A DNA stretch of 64,000 bases from Antedon mediterranea (Eukaryota > Animalia > Echinodermata), in the NCBI RefSeq assembly GCF_964355755.1, contig NC_092676.1, positions 3,015,888 to 3,079,887 of the forward strand. Direction: 5' to 3'. The translations under genes were made by a program, and so were the position numbers. Below the pieces are notes generated by a model. The model saw nothing but the letters and a program-made list of their open reading frames with translations. It did not search any database and was not told where the DNA came from. Positions 40,101-50,900 of the stretch are shown piece by piece; within the stretch, counting starts at the first letter, position 1, and each line of letters begins with the position of its first letter.

Positions 40101-40548
40101 GAACCAAGTTTAACTAATTTGACTAATCATGACGTGATGGATCATCCGAACTGTCACGTGATTGGTCAACTCACTTGCGTTGCGCTTCGTCGTTGCGTTA
40201 AGCTTGGTTCCCACTAGGACATAACGCAAAGACGTAAGCGCAACGCAAGCGAATTGACAAATGGCAAACGTATTAATGATCTATTGTGTCGTGGTTGGTC
40301 GAATTACTTGCGTTGCGCTTACGTATTTGCGTTACGTCCTAGTTGGAACCACGCTTTATAGCGCATCCATGCTGAGTAGTAGCAGCACTATTTAATTTTG
40401 GTCCAAGTGGGAAACCAGGTCTAATACTTACTGTTAGTAAAATGGTTCCCGAGTGTCTTTGTAACCAATCGATGGCAGAACTAACGCCCCAACGAGACAC
40501 ACGTCCTTTCGAAGATTTCTTAGAATCCGATTTCATTTCTGATAACAT
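19141..40548 (-). CDS. NOX4: NADPH oxidase 4, 17 coding exons (40548-40432, 36909-36814, 34573-34463, 31876-31795, 30381-30284, 27778-27751, 26452-26380, 25298-25218, 24044-23858, 23416-23252, 23165-23103, 22772-22712, 21993-21909, 21490-21371, 21097-20986, 20856-20660, 19264-19141)
   Basis: [26 protein letters not shown], heme histidines (LHVLCA, VHCTAH, WYTHH, LMH), VPGLTG, the FAD motif [21 protein letters not shown] motifs IAGGVGVTP and FVCGP, and the C-terminus NTESFS* as in NOX4. No EF-hands. All junctions are in phase. Confidence 0.93.
19400..20600. repeat. ~90-100-bp tandem repeat (TTTTAAATCTGGGATTTGGTTGGAGTCG...CTGATTGGCCAATGTGAT), 4 units, the last displaced by an insertion
   Basis: Units at ~19430, ~19525, ~19620 and 20504, in the last NOX4 intron. 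Confidence 0.85.
19721..20503 (+). mobile_element. Non-autonomous Helentron/DINE-1-like element (HINE)
   Basis: 5' subTIR TTAGTCGCGTG, 3' subTIR CACGCGACTTAA followed by a short GGCTGTTGGCC stem-loop and TTGTT, two (GTCT/GTCG)n microsatellite cores, inserted in a T run with no TSD. Confidence 0.75.
25383..25706. mobile_element. MITE family C (Kolobok-like, TIR AGATGTATTGTCCCC)
   Basis: Ends GGGGACAATACATCT|TTAA and is similar throughout to 45483-45762. Partial copies at ~3475-3700 and 46034-46240. Confidence 0.7.
26150..26300 (-). mobile_element. SINE fragment with a Deu/Nin-like core and an L2-like tail
   Basis: The minus strand reads TGTACACTTTAAAGAACCTAGTACATCTTTTGAGACGAGTAGGGGG, resembling the Deu/Nin conserved domain, followed by a hairpin and an AATAAA tail. 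Confidence 0.5.
26575..26740. repeat. ~77-bp tandem duplication
   Basis: TAAGGCTAGCGTAACGTACGCCTTCGCGA...CTACGCCACGTCGTTGGTAAT occurs twice. Confidence 0.85.
28205..28515. repeat. ~163-bp tandem duplication
   Basis: TTTAGCACTCAATAAA...GTGCCTATGTCAAGTTGTATACAAAA...ACGCGCGCGTACACAA occurs twice. Confidence 0.85.
28707..30220 (+). mobile_element. 5'-truncated Rex1/Babar-clade (CR1 group) LINE, antisense inside NOX4 intron 5
   Basis: Starts abruptly at (G)DGISNRILK. 3' UTR ends AATAAA plus a (CTTGAAT)n tail characteristic of Rex1/Babar. Confidence 0.88.
28737..30038 (+). CDS. Reverse transcriptase (non-LTR ORF2 C-terminal part, including the DUF1891-like region)
   Basis: [69 protein letters not shown]. 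The frame is uninterrupted for 433 codons, and the endonuclease domain is absent. Confidence 0.93.
   Translation: MCNIQLCPIFTHIFNIIFRNVTVPRIWKTSIINPLPKVNKPSVPKDFRPIAITSNLMKCLERLIVSRLKENIGNADKNQFAYKKNRRVEDAVNSYLHDTYHHLDSKRNYVRSIFFDFSSAFNTILPHVLIDRLLSFNVSPQLTKVIYSFLINRPQMVKCNGILSNKESTSVGAPQGCVISPILFSFYSSSFNILSKDCNIVKYADDTVISGFLCDSKHNVNEFVNEVGRFVNWCEDMNLILNITKTKEMIIDFRKTAVEHNVITIKETEVKRVTQYKYLGTIIDNKLKWESNSLMISKKASQRLYFLRKLKQIRVDNTILILFYQSIIQSILSFSIGCFYGNFTENDKKNIERPRKIAQRIIKADLTPCSFIYEKSILKKVNNIMKDPTHPLHYCYNLNRSGIRLRPPRANLCRTRKSFVVNSIHIFNSNVRR
32164..33012. mobile_element. Nested MITE cluster: a TA|CAGT-terminated (Tc1/mariner-like) MITE split by four family B MITEs
   Basis: Host pieces TACAGTACAACCCCTCT / CAAGACACCGTCTCCT / AATAGGGATGTCC...GAATAGAGAGTTTCACT are separated by B copies at 32181-32354, 32358-32675 (containing 32406-32584) and 32697-32880. 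Confidence 0.7.
34645..34898. repeat. Degenerate (CAT/CGT)n trinucleotide microsatellite
   Basis: Direct reading. The His/Ile-rich ORFs 34719 and 34781 are artefacts. Confidence 0.95.
38934..39332 (-). mobile_element. 3' fragment of a second Rex1/Babar-like LINE inserted into a family B MITE
   Basis: The minus strand encodes ...VKTASRIIG...[45 protein letters not shown], with AATAAA and a (CTTGA)n tail. The flanks rejoin the MITE consensus GACAGTTAG|CAATCACAAGCGA. Confidence 0.85.
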
Positions 40549-43500
40549 TTCTGAGAATAAAATAACGAAAAAAAGTTGATATTACTTATATATCTATGGT
40601 TAAATACGAATGTTTAAATTCACAAGCACTTTTTTTAATGAGCAAAAGTAAGAGTCGTTGCTAAACCTACCAATGTCAGATTAAAAAAAATATGTATAAA
40701 AATCATTTGAAGCTAAAGGTTCCATTAATAAGGTTGATATCATGATTATATAAAACAATCTCAGAAAAAAAATTAGACAAGTCATTATGATTCAATATTT
40801 TGAATTTCATTTCAGGAAAGATTTACACAAAAGGGGTACGGTCACAGATACGATGTGTCATTCACCTTGTTTATTGTTGTCCATTACGTTATCGTTTTGA
40901 AATTGTGTGAATTAAAATAATTTAAAAACGACACTTTAAGCGCTGCATTATTGAAATGCTATACATGGGCCCTGTTCAGACCCATGGCGTTATAGCGTTT
41001 TAGCTAACGATATTTTTGTTATTTCAGGGAAAAATTTCATTTTAAAATTTTGTTTAGCAATTATTGCTAATCAAACTGATTTTTTAGTCGAGAAACATAG
41101 TTTTGTATTGTCTTTTTTGCTACACAATTTTAGAAATGTGTAGCAATAAGGTTGTTTTGTATAGCTTTTTGCTATGCTACACTGGCGAAATTATTCCCTG
41201 TTATTTACATATTATTCTGAAGTCTACAAATCTGATCCGTTATGGGTCACACCACATTTAAGGCGATCATCAATGAATACAGTAATAGAGTCTAACTTTG
41301 TTTTATCATTTCTTTGTTTGTTTTAGCCTTCAATTTAAATTGTTGTAACGCTATTTTATGGAATCATTTGAAATTGCGACAGTTATTCTTGTAGAACACA
41401 ATGACATGTTTTTCTAACAAAGAACATCGTTTCATTGTTCAATTATACATATAAATATTTTGTACAAATCATGAGTTGTAGTGTGTCAGTAGCTATGTCT
41501 ACACTATCAAACTTTATGTGACAAAAAAATGTGATGTGCCCATATATGGACATATGATGTCATAGCACTACCATCTTTGGGCATATCACTACCATATTTG
41601 AGCAAGTCACTCTTTTTTTTGTCAAACTAGTTTGATAGAGTAGACAGAGCTTTAGTGTTTATACTCTCAAAAACTAATAACTTTGATATTTCTTGTTAAG
41701 AAGTAAAGTATTCTTACAACTTCCGTATCAATTGTTGGAGTAAAAAGTTTCTCAAATTGTATTGAAATTCATACAAATATAAAACGTTCTAATACACTTT
41801 ACAAAACTTTACAATAGGAGGTTAAAATAATATAATTTGCTGAGCTTAACCGCAAATATTTTGCTGAAATAGACCTATAATGTGAATGATTCTACAGGTG
41901 TGTTTTTATCTTCCCGTCTAGACCTATTTACGTGGGCACGGTTTGTAGGGCAGGAAATCTTCGTAAAGGAAAAACATGATAATATAATGTTATTTATATG
42001 TGATTTTGAAAAATTGTCAACAGTGGTAATTTAATTGTCCTAAAAGTGCTGGAACAACGAAGGCCTATAGAGAAACATAATCGCATAAAAAGAACGCTCC
42101 AAGGAATACAATGAAATTAGGATGTGATACATTAAGCCTAGCAGATTATTGTAGGCCCTTAACACATTGTCATATTGACGTTCTTATGAATGGGAACGTT
42201 TTAGTGCTCAGCATATGCCTATTATTTTCTTTTTAATGATGTATTATTTTTTTGTATACAAATCGTAATAATAGTCAAGTGGTATTATTGTACATTAACG
42301 TTAGGCCTGTTCCGTCTTTAGTCTTGTTTGTTTTTATAATTCATATGCGGGCTAATTTAACCTCAATATTTAACAGCTTAGAGTTGAAAACTATTCAACT
42401 ACAATTCCCCGAACTTCCTCAGTTGGTTGGAAAATCAATTGTTATCAATATTAATTAAGTAAACGATATAGGTCTAAACAACCGCGAAGAAACTGTTTCA
42501 TGTTTGTTGTGGGTGGTCTACACAATGGGGATAATCCGATATCTAAGGACATACACATGAATAAAGAAATAAAAGTGTCGAAAAAACAATGATACATAGG
42601 CATACGAAGCAACAGGTTCTTTTCCTATCTGAATGTGCTACTTCTCACCTAGGTTATACGAAATTTATAAAAAGAATTCTGACTCACCCGGTCTTCAAAA
42701 AAGCTTTTGTCTCAATGCAAGTAATTTAATGATACAGACAGATTGCCAGCCAGCACTCGACGATAAACTTTGAATACTGAAATGGCAATTGGTCTGTCCA
42801 GACGAGATTTAATTAAATGTGTAGGCCTACCGGTCGACAACAATCTGGTTGTGTAAGGTGTGCGAGATCCTTCTCCTCTGGGACATATGACAGACATTTG
42901 TTCATGTTGTCCCGACTTTATAAATCCCTTACTTTTCATGGGTTTCTCATTGACAGATATCTCCTGGTGTTTCCAGATTTTGGACTAATCCATTTTAAAT
43001 CTAGGGGTGTTCAATACATTAAAAAAACAATCGTATCAAGATTAATATCTTCCGTTGTTCGCAGATACAGTATAATTGGACTCGTCGATTTTAATCTTAG
43101 GGTGTTTAATTTCCATCAATAAAAGATGTGAACTTTTAGCCCTTTGGCAATTTGACAATCACAATAAGAACAAAATACAGGTACACTACTAAATTCGTTC
43201 TTTCTTATATGACCTTAATTTGACCTTCCCTGAATCTATGGATACCCTTGTAACAAGGTCTGTTACGGTTACTAGGAGAAAGTGTAGGAATCCTGCTTAT
43301 TGTTTAGGTCCAATCATATTGTAGTGACGTAATCAAAACGTGATTTACTTTTTGATTTCTTTAAATTCTACAATTCCCACTTGAACTCCCAATCCCCACT
43401 TGAACTCCCAATCCAAGATAATATTATTATTTTAAACTTTGTAAAAACTTTTAGAGAGCAAATTTTTGGAAAAAATAGAGTTAAATTAAAGTTCTTTTGA

Positions 43501-44921
43501 TTGTAATCAGGTAAAAGAAACTTTTAAAGAGAAAAAAAAATAAAATAAAAAAAATTATAAAGTGTAGAGTTTCTTTAAACTATGTTCTTTAATTGTACTC
43601 AAAGAAAGTATAGAAAAGATTACAAAAAGAATATAGTCATATTATTTACACAAAAAGAAATTCATAGTGAGTGTAACTAGCAGATAGATTTATTTGAAAA
43701 ACAGTACTTTAAAGATAAATGAAAGACTATATATGGCAAAATTACAAAAATAACCAAGTTATGACAAAATATAATACTGAATTTACCTCTATTGAGCGTT
43801 TGTAGAGAGAATTGAATAGGAAATATTAAATTGCTAACTTACATACGTACACAAAAATATACATCAATCAATTGAAAACTAGCTTAGCTAGGAGCAAATC
43901 AAAGATGTTAAGGAAGGGGAGATTAGTGGGTATGGCGGTCTCTTTGCCTATAACAAAAATGGTCTTGTTTTTACATTTAAAGAATTTGGGATGGAGGAGG
44001 AAAGTATTTTGATACAATGTAATCAAAGAAATAATTACGGTACAATTTGTCATACAATGTTTTTTGGTTATACTTATTATTATTAAATACATTGTTTATA
44101 ATCTACTATTTACTTTATTAACATATCATATCACATCATATTTAAACATTGCATATTGGTTTGTCATACAAAGATATATTTTTTTCCATTTAAAAGAGCA
44201 GATTTGTCTCAAGCACATTTAGCACTACAGTCAGCAAACTACATTCTAATATATTAAAAAACACTACAAACAATACAAAATATATGTGTAAATGAAAAAT
44301 ATATCAATATATATGTTAGCACAAAATACATTATACTGTACGTTCTTGAAAAAAAATACTTTGGTTACCTCAACAGCACACTATTTACAATAGTTAGAAA
44401 CTAGAAGGCTCGGTTCCCACTAGGATGCAATAGAAGGACGTAACAGAACACGAATAATTAATTCAAATTGCACTTATGTCCTTGCGTTGTGTCCTAGTGG
44501 GAACTAAGCTTTAGGTACATATTGTACTTATCTACTCAACTAGTTCGATCATGACTTAATCATGATGAATACAGTACTATATGATTTTCATTATAATTAT
44601 TACTATTATCAACATTTATTTTTAAAATAAACAGTTCCTTCTTAATGTTTGGCATTATTATTAGCTATGCATTTGTGATTATCAGTAATCAATATTTATC
44701 AATATCAATCAATTATAATTGTACTTAATTTAGAAAAAAAAAAAATAGTGTATATAGTACTAGATTTAAAAATATTGTTTATATAAAATTGTATAAAAAC
44801 AGTTAGAAAAATTGTTCAAATTGTTTATGCATAACAATTAATTTTGTTCGTTTACTTAGTATTTATGGATGCCCTTTTGTATTATCAGGGAAAAGTGACA
44901 TTACACCTGAAATGTAGATTT

Positions 44922-47900
44922 CTAGTCAACATCCATGGCAGCCGTTATAGCCCCCTCAAGTGATGTAATTATTGCTAGTTTGTTGCTATAGCTACATGCA
45001 GAACAAACCCATTTCCTTTTTGGTGTTGTCATGGAAAAGACGTTCTGATTGTCTGCAAGTACAAACAAAAAATAATGTAAGCATTAAATTTGGATAACCC
45101 ATCACTTGTGATTGGTCACTTAGTTTTGGAATGCACTTATTGTTATCAGTTTTTGTATGCAAATATTGTAATATGCAATATTTTCTAGGCCTTTGTTCAA
45201 CTTCAATCTGTATTTTATATTTACGATTTCTTACATCCTTATGTTACATCCTAGTGGAACCAGGAATGTTAAAAATCTTGAAAAGATTCTTTGAGTTTGT
45301 AAAATAATTTTGAAAAGAAAACAAGAGAATGGGAAAGAGCTTTATATGCTTTAAGGGTTGTTAAGGAAGCACAAATTAACTAATTACGACTTCTATTTAG
45401 GTGTAACAACTTGCTTTTGTTATAGTAATTGACCATAAATTTCAACAAAAGAAACAATTTACACCTAATTCCTCAAACTTAAAGATGCATTGTCTCCCTG
45501 AAAAAAATAATTCTTAAACATTTTTTTTTTGACTCTATGTTAATTTTATATACCTAAAAACAACTATAATTTAAAGAAAAAAATAGTCAACTTGGCTGCC
45601 AGCCAATACATTTTTGGTTGAATTAACTGTTTATTTTGTCATTCTTTTTTTATGTTTTCTTTTCTACGAAAGTGCATAATTTTATTAAAACTACCAAATA
45701 ACCTATTCAAAGTCTGATTTAATTAATCTTCATTTTTCATGTTTTTGGGGGACAATACATCTTTAAAGTGTCAAGATAATAAAACATGGTACTTACATTT
45801 GGTATCTGGCATGTCTAGTACTTTAAGTTTGGTAAGTGCGAGTGATGCTAAGAATGAATGCTTGACATCTATGCAACGCTCGTATGGATACGGTTTATTG
45901 GTTGTCATGGTGATCACAAGCGCATCATTAAACAAAAACAATCCTATGTTCTCAATATGTTGATACACTCTAAAAGAAAATAACGAAACAAAAAATACAT
46001 ACCAAATACAAGTTCTTCTATTGGCATTCGTAAAGATGTATTGTCCCCCTAAAAAAATAATTCTTAACAAATTTTTTGTTTTTGAATATGCAATTTTAAT
46101 GTCACCTAATAGTTATCCACTTTGACAAAAAATTGGATCGAAAAAAAAATGTATTTACCTAGAAATTTACCAAGAAATAGTCAAATTGGCTGCCAGAAAA
46201 TGGGTTTTTGGTTGAATTTAATCATTTATTTTGTCATTTTATAAGTGAAAGGCCCAGGGAGCTAATAGAAACAACCATTGCAAGGCTAACCAAATATTAT
46301 TAATTTTTTGATTATTGGGAAAGTGGCTTTGTGACATGAAATACGGTTTTGAACGATGTGAAAGCAGGCCTGACTATGTATTTTATGCTTCTCAAAAAAT
46401 TTCATCTGGTTTCAATGGATATTAAATAAGTAAAGGTTAACTTTTAGTTAAACCAGTTGACAAGTACTTACTTGCTACGTTTCAGCTACTTTCAGTAGCC
46501 TTGTTCACGCAAATGACGTTGACATGATATTCGTCATAGTTCGGTTATTTTATGATTTTTCATTTTGATGATACTAGCTTGTTTGGGTGTTTTTTTCTTT
46601 AACTGTATGGCATTTTAGGAAGTTTCAATTCAATCAAGACTTACCTACATTAAGTCTGGTGTAGGATCATTTGGAGGTGGTTAAAGACTTACCTTAATCT
46701 GGTCTTGGATAATTTGGAGGTAATTTAAAGATTTACCTTACTGTAAGTCTGGTATAGGATCATTTGGAGGTGGTTTAAAGACTTACCTTAATCTGGTCTT
46801 GGATAATTTGGAGGTAATTTAAAGATTTACCTTACTGTAAGTCTGGTATAGGATCATTTGGAGGTGGTTTAAAGACTTACCTTAAGTCTGGTCTAGGATC
46901 ATTTGGAGGTGGTTTAAAGACTTACAATAAGTCTGGTGTAGGATCATTTGGAGGTGGTTAAAGATTTACCTTAAGTCTGGTCTAGGATCATTTGGAGGTG
47001 GTTTAAAGACTTACATTAAGTCTGGTGTAGGATCATTTGGAGGTGGTTAAAGATTTACCTTAATCTGGTCTTGGATAATTTGGAGGTAATTTAAAGATTT
47101 ACCTTACTGTAAGTCTGGTCTAGGATCATTTGGAGGTGGTTTAAAGACTTACCTTAAGTCTGGTCTAGGATCATTTAGAGGTGGTTTAAAGACTTACATT
47201 AAGTCTGGTGTAGGATCATTTGGAGGTGGTTAAAGATTTACCTTAAGTCTGGTCTAGGATCATTTGGAGGTGGTTTCAAATGAGCAACAATGTCTTCTCG
47301 AATTAGAAATCTGTTAGCTTCCAGTAGATTTGGACATTTAAGAATCCTCTTCTGTAGCAATATCAGTCTGTGCTCTCTCTCACATCGGAGCTTACACTGT
47401 GGAAAATATGTATATGTAGTATTAATAGAGTAAGTATTAGCATACACATGAAACATCTATTAGTTTTCATATTGAGAAGCGCCCTCTGTAGTTTCCTTTA
47501 TTTATAACGTACTTAAACGTTAATTGGTAATAGTATACCTCATCAACAAACTTCTGAAGTTTTCCAAAAGTTTCAATGGCGCCAGCAATATCAGCACGAT
47601 CAGAGTGGTCTGGTGAAGTATGGAGCTCAAAAGCTGACAAAAGTCTTATGTACTCCTGAATCCTGCGTGTTGGTACTAACAGAAGATCCTGCAGGCTTAG
47701 CATCTTTGTCTCTGGTGTCTTGTCATGTTGTCGTAGGAAAGATCGGAATGCTGGGTGCTGTTCACGACACTAAACCAAATCAAGCAAAATACATGATAAT
47801 TTTTTGCTTAAATTATTTTTTCCAATAAAATGCAAGAGCACACACTGATTAGCTTCCAAAATGCCCCTAATTAGCTTACAAAGGACACTAATTTTACTTC

Positions 47901-50900
47901 AAAAGGGAACTAACTAGCTTAAAAAATGGCATTAACTAGCTTTCAAAAGGGCACTGAGTAATGTAGCTTCTAAAGAGGCACAAAATGCTGAATTGACAAT
48001 ATTTCTCATGCAGTCGTTTGTCTAGAGTTTCTCTTTATTATTTACTATTCGGATATAGTCTTACTCATGGTGGTATACCTCCATGGTCTTACTGAATGGT
48101 TAGCTGATATCAGTGGCTGTTTTATTACTTTACAGTACATTATTCTTGCCTGCTTTATTATTTAGCTGTCTGCACTTTATCATTTAGCTTCTTCCAAACC
48201 TTACCTTCTCAATTGTTGCAAGCACAATAGGATAGTTATTGTGAAAGTTTGTGTAAACCTTCAGTTTAGATTGCATCTTGATGAAGGCATCTCCAAGGCA
48301 TTGGTGAGGTCCCCACTCATCTAAACGTGATTTCAGGTCAGCAACAAAATCACTATAGTTTACAAAGAAAGGTGTTCAATGTATTGTACGAATTTTTTTG
48401 GATGATTTAAATATACCTTCATTATGAAATACCCTACTGTACTATAATAGTAAACTTTTCCAAGACTTGGCTTCGAGGAAACTTCCCAAATCCACTTAAT
48501 TTCCATTTAAATATTCTTAAAATGTATTTGAAATTAAATATGCAAGTTTTGATATACAAAATATAAACAAGAATATAGCTATCAAAAGAGTTGAATTTGA
48601 ATCATTTAAACAATTCAAGTGAAACATTCTTCACTGAACTTACAAAATAAAAAAATCCTACAGAAGATGTAGATGACATTGATACCACATGCCTCATTCT
48701 CACCTTGTTACTTTTAAGATGTTGATCATATCAGAAAATATCATTTGCAAGTTTGGTTGGTTTATGATAGCATGGTTCGTCTTCAGTGCTGCTTGTAGAG
48801 GCCTTACGTATACATCTTTAACCGTCCTTAATAAATTCAGGTATGTCCGCTCAGTGTACAAAATTTCTCGTGCTATACGAGTCCTTATTTCTGGCTGGAA
48901 TTCCGTACCAGCATTTTGGATTCCATTCTATGAGAAGATACATAGTATTGTTTAGTTGGAACATTATTTATTTGCAGAGTTTTAAGATTTAAAAATGTGA
49001 CCTTTAGAAAAACAAGAATGGCACTCACAAGGCACCCTAGGCCTATTCAGAAAATAGACCAAAACCAAAATAACGGTGTAAAAGTCTATGTGCCTTAACA
49101 ATACACTTAATTTGCAATGACACTGAAACTATTAAACTTCAGGAAATAATGTTGGAAGATAGGCACAGCGACTTTTGCATTATATTTTCTGCTGCAGGAG
49201 TGGAAAGAGCATGTGGAACAAGTTGTAAAGCTCTGTCTACATTATCAAACTTTATACGACAACAAAATGTGATGTGCCCTTATATGAATGTGATGATGTC
49301 ATATCACTACCATATTTAGATATATTTAAAGTGTATAGACTTACATTAGGTTTTAAAATAATGCATGGCCTCTGTCCATCATCCTTTAATGAGTTTGTGA
49401 GATCAAGTGAGAGGTGTGAAGGGCGGTTAATACATTGGAAGGCAAAGACGAATACATTTTTAAATTCATCGTTTGTTATTTTCCCTAGATTATGGGAGCA
49501 ACTTCCCAATGAAATTAAACAATGTGCTACAATTTCAGACTTTAAAGCCCAACTCATCAAACATTTGATCTCAAAATATTAAGTTGTACTGTAATTGTTT
49601 ATATTGTTTATTCAATGCAGCTTATTTTTAATTGGCGTATCTCATTATAACTTTGTTTTGTTTTGTTTTATTTTGACTTAATTTGTGCTACTTAGTTTTG
49701 TTATTTTTGTATTTTATAAGTAATGATGGAGTAAGAGCAGTTTTCTGTTTGGGCTCATGCCTATTACTTGCTCCTGGCAAGATGAATTGTAAAATGTACT
49801 TTATGAACTTTTGCCGAATAAATATTATTATTATTATTATTATTATATTTGGGCACATCACACTTAAAAGGGCTTACAGAGCAGTTTAACTAACATGTTA
49901 ATATATTCAGTACAGTACAAATCTTAATAGAAAGTAAAACATTCTCACAATTCTTGTAAAAGACTTGATTGATGACGTTGAAATAGGCTGGATGTGAGCT
50001 TCTGCTAGGCTTGGCTGTGCTATCTGTACTCTTTCTTTCTTAGGGCTTCCAACTGACAATAGTTCTTCAATGTCTGAGGCTATCTCTTCAACTATATCTG
50101 AACTCTAAAAACAGGGCGAGATACAGACTTTCTAGTATACTATGCCATTTGCTTAGTATTAGTTGATTAAGCTCTGTCTACATTATCAAACTAGTTGGAT
50201 AAAAAAGTGTGCCCAAATATGATGGTATATGATGTCATCGTGTCCATATATGGGCACATCACATTTTTTGTTGTCACAAAAAGTTTGATAGAGTAGACAG
50301 AGCTAAAAGTATGTCATGACATTTGCTTAGCTTAGTTCTTGAAATACAAATCTAGCTGTTGAACAATGGTAATCTGGATGGTGCAGATCTCCAAACCATC
50401 ACAATGAGATAATATAATATTGCCATATTAAATTCGCTCTTTATATTAGAATACCAAAGACAAATATCAAGCAAAAATCTAAGAAATAATCTAATATAAT
50501 TATTTATATATTATTTAACTCACATCGTCATCTTCAATGGTTTCTGATAACTTCTTAGATTCAGTGTTTGTTGTATCCATGGTATGTATGGACTTGGCAA
50601 CTTTTACAGACTTTTGTAAGTAACTGATTAGAAATTCTAGTGGGTTTTCCTAAAAAAGCAAGAAAAAATGTATAAGGACATTGCACAGCAAGTGGATTAA
50701 AAAAAGTCGACAAAAACAAGTTTGAGATGATTCCGAAATTATGTAGCCTTGCTGAATGTGACAGATAAAACCTATGAAATATTTGACTTATTTTGATATA
50801 GATTTTGCATCTCTCATTGTCAATTTACTCTTGTTCTACGGACTGGTTTTCAACTTACAGCATTTTGATTGGCTATTTCTCTAAGGCCCTCATTCAAAAT

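Noticed and set aside
42688-43122. ORFs 42712-42939 (-) and 42817-43122 (+) as a coding first exon of NOX4
   Set aside because: A minus-strand donor exists at ~42687, but the frame joining the NOX4 ATG exon has a TGA a few codons upstream. At most this is a 5' UTR exon, and no protein motif is recognisable.
46637-47277. CRISPR-like regular repeats (also 17380-17632 and 60663-61032)
   Set aside because: The units are head-to-tail with no unique spacers, there are no cas genes, and the context is eukaryotic intron or UTR.
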